IMG/VR virus record: IMGVR_UViG_3300033075_001536
Coordinates: 64,001-128,000 of that record
Direction: 5' to 3' (one strand)
DNA length: 64,000 nucleotides
Source: a virus
Taxonomy: Duplodnaviria > Caudoviricetes
Each line of letters starts with the position of its first letter. Positions within the stretch are counted from its first letter, which is position 1. The position numbers and the translations under genes were made by a program. Positions 58,216 to 64,000 of this stretch are shown here, one piece after another. The notes below the pieces were generated by a model that was given only the letters and a program-made list of their open reading frames with translations, was not told where the DNA came from and made no database searches.

Positions 58216-58471
58216 TGCAAACAAGAAAATCTAGACTAAGATTGTCGCAAAGATTTATTTTCTGAAACTTTACCGGCTGTGTGAGGCTTCAGTCATGCCT
58301 GTTATATTTTTTACAAGATATTTACAAATAACTTGAACTCTTAAAGGTTGTTATCCTAATTTTTTCACCAAATTGTCTGTTTCAATCTTTTTGGTAGTTG
58401 TAGCTATCAGCTCTAAACACTTTCCGTTTTAATAGTAGTCGAAGTAACTCAGAACTATTACTATGTTTGCA
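58216..58471 (-). ncRNA. Candidate Y-like RNA 1 (about 256 nt)
   Basis: Ends pair (UGCAAACA/UGUUUGCA); shares AGUAAU..GAGUUACUUCGA with unit 2; no ORF; upstream of Ro60. Confidence 0.55.
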
Positions 58472-58483
58472 TTTTTTAAAAAA

Positions 58484-58551
58484 ACAAGAGAAAGTTTTCA
58501 AAGAGTGTTTTTTGATTCCATATCGAAGTAACTCTTTAAATTACTACTTGT
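58484..58551 (-). ncRNA. Candidate Y-like RNA 2 (about 68 nt)
   Basis: ACAAG/CUUGU outer stem, AAAGAGU/ACUCUUU inner stem, GAGUUACUUCGA motif. Confidence 0.55.
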
Positions 58552-58559
58552 GTCTTCTT

Positions 58560-58619
58560 ATATTTGAACAAGAAAAAAAGTTTTAAATTTATTAAAAAAT
58601 CTTTTCTGTGTTCAAATAT
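58560..58619. repeat. 11-bp inverted repeat atatttgaaca/tgttcaaatat
   Basis: Seen directly; arms overlap TAnnTTTG-like sequence. Confidence 0.6.
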
Positions 58620-58668
58620 TTGTAGTAGTATATAGTGTACCTAAAATTTGAATTTTTATGAAGGTGGA

Positions 58669-59322
58669 TTATTTATGATTAAATAGAGCTAATGTAAAAT
58701 CCTCACTAGAATAATCATTGATTAGACTTAATTCACTTTTTAGTCCGTGTGATAGATATTTCTTTAGCAAATTTTGGTTGTAGTAGGTATATCTTAATGT
58801 TTTGTGGTTTTTGGTTTGTCTAACATTACTCGATATTCTATCTTTATCATTTTCGATAAAATTGGCCATAATTCCTTTATTACATATTGTTTGTCCATAT
58901 TTAAAGAACTCTAAAACATCTCTTTCATTCATCCCAACTGTAAATACCCCAGACGCAACGATCCAATCATGATTCTCTTTTATATCATGTATGCTATCCA
59001 CTACTTTAAATTTTCTATCTGGATATTTCTTTTTTGCATTTTTAATCATACTTTTTTGAATATCCACTCCTAGATAATCTACCTTTTTCTGCATTGCGTC
59101 TGCCCATCTAGATAGATCACCTAATCCACAACCGTAGTCTAGTAAACTATCACCACTTTTTATGTATTTCAAAAACACATTAAATCTATCTCTTTGTGAT
59201 CCAGAACTAACCCACCCCACCGCATCTGGGTCATAAATATCCTTCGTACATCTGTGTTGGTAGAAATCTTCTATAAATTTCCTTGGATTTTTAAGTTCTT
59301 CGAATAATTTTAAATATTGCAT
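58669..59322 (-). CDS. Class I SAM-dependent methyltransferase with tag
   Basis: MQYLKLFEE; VGW.S..SQ..RF, LLDYGCGLG, YLGVDI, DWIVASGVF. Confidence 0.88.
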   Translation of the reverse strand: MQYLKLFEELKNPRKFIEDFYQHRCTKDIYDPDAVGWVSSGSQRDRFNVFLKYIKSGDSLLDYGCGLGDLSRWADAMQKKVDYLGVDIQKSMIKNAKKKYPDRKFKVVDSIHDIKENHDWIVASGVFTVGMNERDVLEFFKYGQTICNKGIMANFIENDKDRISSNVRQTKNHKTLRYTYYNQNLLKKYLSHGLKSELSLINDYSSEDFTLALFNHK

Positions 59323-59337
59323 TTAATATATATTAAA
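59322..59337. promoter_or_regulatory. Perfect palindrome TTTAATATATATTAAA, putative bidirectional promoter
   Basis: Fills the 15-nt gap between divergent ATGs at 59322 and 59338. Confidence 0.6.
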
Positions 59338-59691
59338 ATGAGAATCAAATTATTTAAAGACTTCAATGAGCATTTTTCAATTGGCCCAGTTCCAATCGTA
59401 AGAGAAGAAAGACTTATTTCTTTTACTAGAAAAGCATTTGCTGAGTTTAATGAATGGAAACTAACTGATAAATTTATGCAAGATAAGATCATTAAATTAA
59501 TTGAAGATACGATTCGAGATCCATTTAGAGGACTTGGAAAACCAGAACAATTAAAAGGTCGTGGTAAAAAACACGGACATCTAAATAAAGCTTCTTGGTC
59601 AAGAAGAATTTCTGATGAGCATAGACTAGTCTATGAGGTTTCCGGAACAGACATTAAAATAACTTCTTGTAAGGGACATTATGATGATTAA
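59338..59691 (+). CDS. yoeB: YoeB/Txe-family ribosome-dependent RNase toxin with tagged N-terminal extension
   Basis: KIIKLIED..RDPF.GLGKPEQLK, WSRRISDEHRLVY, SCKGHY; likely start MRIKLFKDFNE. Confidence 0.9.
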   Translation: MRIKLFKDFNEHFSIGPVPIVREERLISFTRKAFAEFNEWKLTDKFMQDKIIKLIEDTIRDPFRGLGKPEQLKGRGKKHGHLNKASWSRRISDEHRLVYEVSGTDIKITSCKGHYDD

Positions 59692-60178
59692 GTCTTTTGG
59701 TAATTTTATTAATGAAAATGTTAAATCTGAATTAGATTCAATATTGTATCTATTAACTGATTTAGGACTTGAGGCCACAGTTGAAGGATGGGATATAATC
59801 TCAAAGAGATGGTCTATTGTTAATTTAGATTCAATAATTGGTGTGTTACTCACAACAAAGTCCTTGAGTGATAGTATTGACTATCGAATAAAGATTACTA
59901 AAAGGTTAATGGGAAATAGAAATCCGGCAATTCCAATACGAATGGAGGATATCAATTATTTTAAAAATTTGCACGAAACTTCGGAATATCAAGAATTTTT
60001 AGATAGACTTAGTGAATTTTGTGAAAATAAATATATTATAAAACCTTCTAATAATATTTATCCTCTAAAAGGTAGTGTTGAAGTAAATATTGGGGATTTG
60101 AGTGATATTGTCGGTGATTATACCATCGGTCTTGTTAGAATTATTTTCCTAACCAAAATTAAAAATCCGAACCTTTAG
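59681..60178 (+). CDS. Tagged hypothetical protein, paralogous family
   Basis: MIKSFGNFINE; ELDSILYLLTDLGL...FLDRLSEFC. Confidence 0.75.
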   Translation: MMIKSFGNFINENVKSELDSILYLLTDLGLEATVEGWDIISKRWSIVNLDSIIGVLLTTKSLSDSIDYRIKITKRLMGNRNPAIPIRMEDINYFKNLHETSEYQEFLDRLSEFCENKYIIKPSNNIYPLKGSVEVNIGDLSDIVGDYTIGLVRIIFLTKIKNPNL

Positions 60179-60195
60179 TAGATTCGGATTTTTTT
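60161..60195. terminator. Bidirectional intrinsic terminator
   Basis: aaaaatccgaa...ttcggattttttt between convergent genes. Confidence 0.75.
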
Positions 60196-60197
60196 AT

Positions 60198-62741
60198 TTA
60201 ACATTTGCTATATCCACACTGTGAGCATTTAAAACACCCCTCACTCATTATCATAGTTCCTTCCATGAAACATTCTGGACAAGCTTCTTTTACTTTACTA
60301 ACATCCAAATATTTTTTCAAAGAACGAGCAATTGCCTTATTGAATGATATGACAATTCCTTTAGCTTTTAGTAGTTGTTCATAAATAAAATGTATATCTG
60401 CACCATGCCTCAGAGAAGTAGAAATCATTCTTGTTAATGCCTCTTCTTCATCCGACTCAAAATGTTCAGAAATGTTTTCTAAAGTAAATGTATCCTCTGG
60501 ATCTGGTCCTAATTTCACAATTAAGCTATAACATCCGCTTCTAACTTTTGATAGTTTTCCTTCTTTCCATCTTGGAGAAAGTGCTAAATTTTTCTTTTTG
60601 AATGCAAATACCTCATATGGATCCTTGCCCATCAATCCAACAATAACGACCCAATTATTTCCTTGAACTGTTAGGTGGTGTATATCACAATCTAATGTTT
60701 TTGGTCTTTTTAAAGCAGTTGTCTTTTTAATAGAAGTCATTTCTTCCTTTGAGTCTATAGCAGACAATACAGAAGTCATGGTTCCAGCTCTATAAGTTGT
60801 TACACCTTTAATTACTCCTGTATTATAAGCATCTTTATATACCTTTTTGAAGTCTTCGAATGGATATTCATTTGGAAAGTTTAGTGTTTTACTCATTGCA
60901 GAGTCAATATATTTTGCAAATACAGCCATGGTGTTTACATGTTCATCTGTATTCAACTCTGATGTTGTGGCTGCCCAAGAAGCTGTTGAGTCCCACTCGT
61001 TAAGATCTTCTAAATATCTAACCGCGTAATCTTTGACAACAGTTTCTCTTAGAAGTCCTCTTGACTTATCAAATTTCCAATTATATCCTTCAAAAGTTGT
61101 TTTTAGAAGATTTTCATCACCTTCTTTAATCCATACCCATGCAGTATCACCATCCACCTGATAAGTTTTATTTTCCCAATCAATGTTTTTAGGTTTGTGT
61201 AGACCATCTGGTGCATATGGAAATATAGTTGTTCTTACATACATTGGCATAAACAATGGCTCTAGTCCACCAGATACATTGTTTGCAAAAACACTGGAAT
61301 TTCCAGTAGGTTGAATAGATAAGAGATGAGAGTTTCTAAGTCCATATTTATTAATCATATCAACTGTTTCAGAAGATAGATTTTTAATGAAATTTCCAGC
61401 CATATATTTGACTTTATCAAACATTGGAAATACACCTTTTTCCTCAGCTAATTGTGCAGATGCTTGGTAAGCAGTATTTGCTATAAATGACATTAATTTT
61501 TCAGTTAAATTAATTCCATCCTTTGAGCCATATCTTGTTTTTAACATCATTAACGCAGATCCATATCCCATTACACCTAATCCAATTCTTCTTTTGTCTT
61601 TTAAATTTTTCTTTTGAGACTCTAGTGGAACATTTGTCTTATCATTGACATTATCCATAAATCGAACAGCAATTGGAATTATTTTAGATAATTTTTTGTA
61701 ATCCCAATCTCTATTTTCAAAATCCACAAATTGTGTCAGATTTAGTGATCCAAGTAAACAAACTCCTCCGATTGGTAAAATTTGTTCTCCACATGGGTTG
61801 GTTGCATTAATATATTCACAATAATATAAATTATTTAAACGATTCATTAAATCAACAAATAGAATACCTGGCTCATTTCGATTGTAAGTGGATCTCATGA
61901 TAATATCCCACAACTCGTTAGCATTTTGATAGGTTTTATAAATTATTGTTTTATATCCTTTTGATTTCCATTCTCTTATATTTCCGTTCCATTCTTTTTT
62001 ATACTCTGTTGAATTGGTTTCATAATCTGGGAATTCTAAATTCCAAGATAGATTATTTTCTACAGCATTCATAAAATCATCTGTTACTAGAACAGACATA
62101 TTAAATTTGGTTAGTCTTCCTGGAGTTTGTTTTGAAGTGATAAATTCTTCAATATCTGGGTGCCAAATACTCATGGTGACCATTTGAGCACCTTTTCTTA
62201 TTTTTTGTTTTGACTTTTCTTTCTTGGTTTTTTGGCCAGATCCTTCTGTAATAACGGAAGATTGTGTGTCCCACATATCTAACATTCTGATTGATCCTGG
62301 ACTTTCGTTCCCAATTCCACGGATAAAAGCTCCTCTGGGTCTCATCACATCTGCGCAAAATCCATACCCACCTTCTGACTTTAAAATCAAAGCTTGTCTT
62401 CTTAATGTGTCTAGAATTCCTTCCATTGAATCTTGATCTTCACCAACAAATCCATCGACAAAACAGTTGATATAGGTAGTTCCTTTCAATCCTGTTCCAG
62501 CATTGGAAGTAATTCTCCCACCAGGAACGAATTTAAAGTCTTCTAACAATTTTAGAAATTGTGTTGTCCAGTATTCTGGATCTTTTTCAATACTTGCTAA
62601 ATCTTTAGCAACTCTTAATTGAGTATCATTGATGGTCTCATTACCAAATCGATAAGTTTGTTCATAAACCTCTTTAGAAAATTCATCGATAAATTTTGTG
62701 TTTGATCTATATTGATCTGTTTTTTGATCTATTACTTGCAT
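60198..62741 (-). CDS. nrdJ: Class II (adenosylcobalamin-dependent) ribonucleotide reductase
   Basis: PGGRI..AG, NCFV, TNPCGEQ, CLLGSLNL, RRIGLG, QPTG, SGGLEP, TTYR; C-terminal PYEVF domain and CPEC..EGC..C..CGYSKC. Confidence 0.92.
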   Translation of the reverse strand: MQVIDQKTDQYRSNTKFIDEFSKEVYEQTYRFGNETINDTQLRVAKDLASIEKDPEYWTTQFLKLLEDFKFVPGGRITSNAGTGLKGTTYINCFVDGFVGEDQDSMEGILDTLRRQALILKSEGGYGFCADVMRPRGAFIRGIGNESPGSIRMLDMWDTQSSVITEGSGQKTKKEKSKQKIRKGAQMVTMSIWHPDIEEFITSKQTPGRLTKFNMSVLVTDDFMNAVENNLSWNLEFPDYETNSTEYKKEWNGNIREWKSKGYKTIIYKTYQNANELWDIIMRSTYNRNEPGILFVDLMNRLNNLYYCEYINATNPCGEQILPIGGVCLLGSLNLTQFVDFENRDWDYKKLSKIIPIAVRFMDNVNDKTNVPLESQKKNLKDKRRIGLGVMGYGSALMMLKTRYGSKDGINLTEKLMSFIANTAYQASAQLAEEKGVFPMFDKVKYMAGNFIKNLSSETVDMINKYGLRNSHLLSIQPTGNSSVFANNVSGGLEPLFMPMYVRTTIFPYAPDGLHKPKNIDWENKTYQVDGDTAWVWIKEGDENLLKTTFEGYNWKFDKSRGLLRETVVKDYAVRYLEDLNEWDSTASWAATTSELNTDEHVNTMAVFAKYIDSAMSKTLNFPNEYPFEDFKKVYKDAYNTGVIKGVTTYRAGTMTSVLSAIDSKEEMTSIKKTTALKRPKTLDCDIHHLTVQGNNWVVIVGLMGKDPYEVFAFKKKNLALSPRWKEGKLSKVRSGCYSLIVKLGPDPEDTFTLENISEHFESDEEEALTRMISTSLRHGADIHFIYEQLLKAKGIVISFNKAIARSLKKYLDVSKVKEACPECFMEGTMIMSEGCFKCSQCGYSKC

Positions 62742-62761
62742 TCATATTTGTTATTTTTTTA

Positions 62762-63757
62762 TTATAGAAAATCTATATTATTTAGTTTGTTTAAGTTATA
62801 TTTGAATTTTTCGTTGTTTAATATTCCAGTTACCACAGAGATATTTACCTCATAGATATTTTCATATGAATCAACTTTGAAAATGGAACTATCATAATCA
62901 CATTCGATGACAACACCGGTTATTGATATGGTGTTTCCTTGAAAGTCCTCCCAATCAAATTCCAGTTCGGTTCCTGGGTAGATATTTCTATTTTTTATTT
63001 CTTTTGGATTACTTGTTTTACCAATGTGATCTTGAAGTTCATTAATAATCATATTTCTCCATTTATTATCTAGTAGTTTAAACATATTAAATAAATTATC
63101 GGAAAAATAAACAGATAGCTCATTGAATAGTTCTATATTTGTGAAACTTTCATTGGTTAAGTGAGTCTTTAATAAGAAGTAATAGGTATTGAAATCAACC
63201 CTAGATGGTTTTCTTCTGTTATTTAAAAAGTTTATGGTGGTGTTTTCAGTTAAAACCTTATACACTTTTTCCTTTACTAACTTGGATCTTAAATATTGCT
63301 CGTTATCGTTGGATTCTAGGAAAAATGGGGAAGACCTATCTAAATCAAACTTGTCATTAAAGTACATAAAAGAGGCATCTATTTCTTCCTCCTCTGTCTT
63401 TTCTTCTTTTTTGCCTTTAAATATAGAGTCATATTTAAGAGAGTGTTTACCTTCAACTTTATGTTTAGATAGAATAACTTCAGGATCAGTATCGTCCACC
63501 TCTCCTATTATTTCTTCTAAAATCTCATCTACATTCTTAGATTCGTCCTTTTTTGGTGACTCTTCTTCAAACAAATCATCATCCGATATTTCAATAACTA
63601 TATCTATATCTTCGTCTTCATCTGAAATGGATGATCCAGATTCTGGCTCACATTGAGCCTCTTCTTCAATCTTTTCTTCTTTTTCAAAATCTTTAGGCTC
63701 TTCATCTAAAATTTCGTCATCTTTTTCAATTTCGTCATCTAATTCTTTTTTAATCAT
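62762..63757 (-). CDS. Hypothetical protein with highly acidic N-terminus
   Basis: 331-aa ORF between the helicase and nrdJ. Confidence 0.75.
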   Translation of the reverse strand: MIKKELDDEIEKDDEILDEEPKDFEKEEKIEEEAQCEPESGSSISDEDEDIDIVIEISDDDLFEEESPKKDESKNVDEILEEIIGEVDDTDPEVILSKHKVEGKHSLKYDSIFKGKKEEKTEEEEIDASFMYFNDKFDLDRSSPFFLESNDNEQYLRSKLVKEKVYKVLTENTTINFLNNRRKPSRVDFNTYYFLLKTHLTNESFTNIELFNELSVYFSDNLFNMFKLLDNKWRNMIINELQDHIGKTSNPKEIKNRNIYPGTELEFDWEDFQGNTISITGVVIECDYDSSIFKVDSYENIYEVNISVVTGILNNEKFKYNLNKLNNIDFL

Positions 63758-63775
63758 TAAGATTTTTATTATTTT

Positions 63776-64000
63776 TTATACGTCTATAAACGTATCATTT
63801 TCTAGCAAAAGATAAGTTGGATTTAAATTTATCTTAACTTGTGATTTTAGAAAATCACCATCTCTCTGCTTCAACAATTTGAATCTAAATACATTTTGTC
63901 TTTTCATTTCTTCGGTTCTTATTATAGCAAAGAAGGTGTCAGCAGTTTCAGCAATTGCTTTAGATTCTGGGACAGATTCCAAGGTAATATCATTGGAGTT
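63776..64000 (-). CDS. C-terminus of a DnaB/gp41-like replicative helicase (partial)
   Basis: ESKAIAETADTFFAI...FKLLKQRDG; the frame extends to the window edge. Confidence 0.75.
   Translation of the reverse strand, partial: NSNDITLESVPESKAIAETADTFFAIIRTEEMKRQNVFRFKLLKQRDGDFLKSQVKINLNPTYLLLENDTFIDV

Noticed and set aside
58216-58471. tRNA-like (YrlA-type) domain within the candidate RNA
   Set aside because: A GUUCAAG is present, but I could not build a convincing T stem or cloverleaf by eye
58439-58534. CRISPR mini-array from the TCGAAGTAACTC repeat
   Set aside because: Only two 12-nt copies, embedded in fold-back structures; no cas gene or regular spacing
59310-59492. Antisense ORF as YoeB antitoxin
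   Set aside because: No YefM/Phd features; lies wholly antisense to the toxin
60198-62741. Intein or intron in nrdJ (or recA)
   Set aside because: Lengths are normal, motifs are contiguous, and no intein splice motifs are evident
258-63656. Many short ORF-track entries antisense to or nested in real genes (e.g. 258, 5618, 6741, 16780, 39531, 42402, 50848, 56800, 63189)
   Set aside because: Shadow frames of well-supported genes with no motifs or initiation context
1-64000. Stop-codon reassignment as seen in some large phages
   Set aside because: Long conserved genes are intact in code 11, and TAG (phoH end) and TGA (30117, 34103) both act as real stops. The one readthrough-like case is TAA.
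1-64000. Cellular or eukaryotic-virus origin
   Set aside because: T4-like Rnl1, UvsX-like, gp26-like and gp41-like genes, tail proteins and bacterial-type GreA/YoeB, with no ribosomal or NCLDV core genes, favour a large bacteriophage

Overview
This AT-rich, gene-dense window reads as part of a large tailed (jumbo/mega) phage genome in the standard bacterial code. The host is probably Bacteroidota, inferred from TAnnTTTG promoters, the lack of Shine-Dalgarno motifs and lipoprotein signals. Recognisable genes are an Rnl1-type RNA ligase, PhoH, an M28-like peptidase, RecA/UvsX, a metallophosphoesterase, GNAT, GreA, HAD and NUDIX hydrolases, a ligase adenylation domain, a RuvC-like resolvase, Dam, a gp26-like baseplate protein, tail-type proteins, Ro60/TROVE, a YoeB/Txe toxin, class II RNR (NrdJ), a helicase C-terminus, four free-standing homing endonucleases and one atypical tRNA-Cys. 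Five patterns stand out. (1) About 30 proteins share an N-terminal M-K-x-(L/I)-K-x-F-x-E peptide resembling the T4 capsid-targeting sequence, including enzymes such as the RNA ligase, the orphan YoeB, methyltransferases and zincins. (2) About 16 divergent paralogues of one unknown domain are present, most carrying that tag. (3) An AATATATA motif lies just upstream of many start codons and is sometimes bidirectional. (4) A separate set of small proteins carries a C-terminal R-(D/E)-x-K-L-x-x-I-L motif. (5) Two structured non-coding units sharing GAGUUACUUCGA lie upstream of the Ro60 gene and are candidate novel Y-like RNAs. All calls come from reading motifs by eye; no database searches were run.
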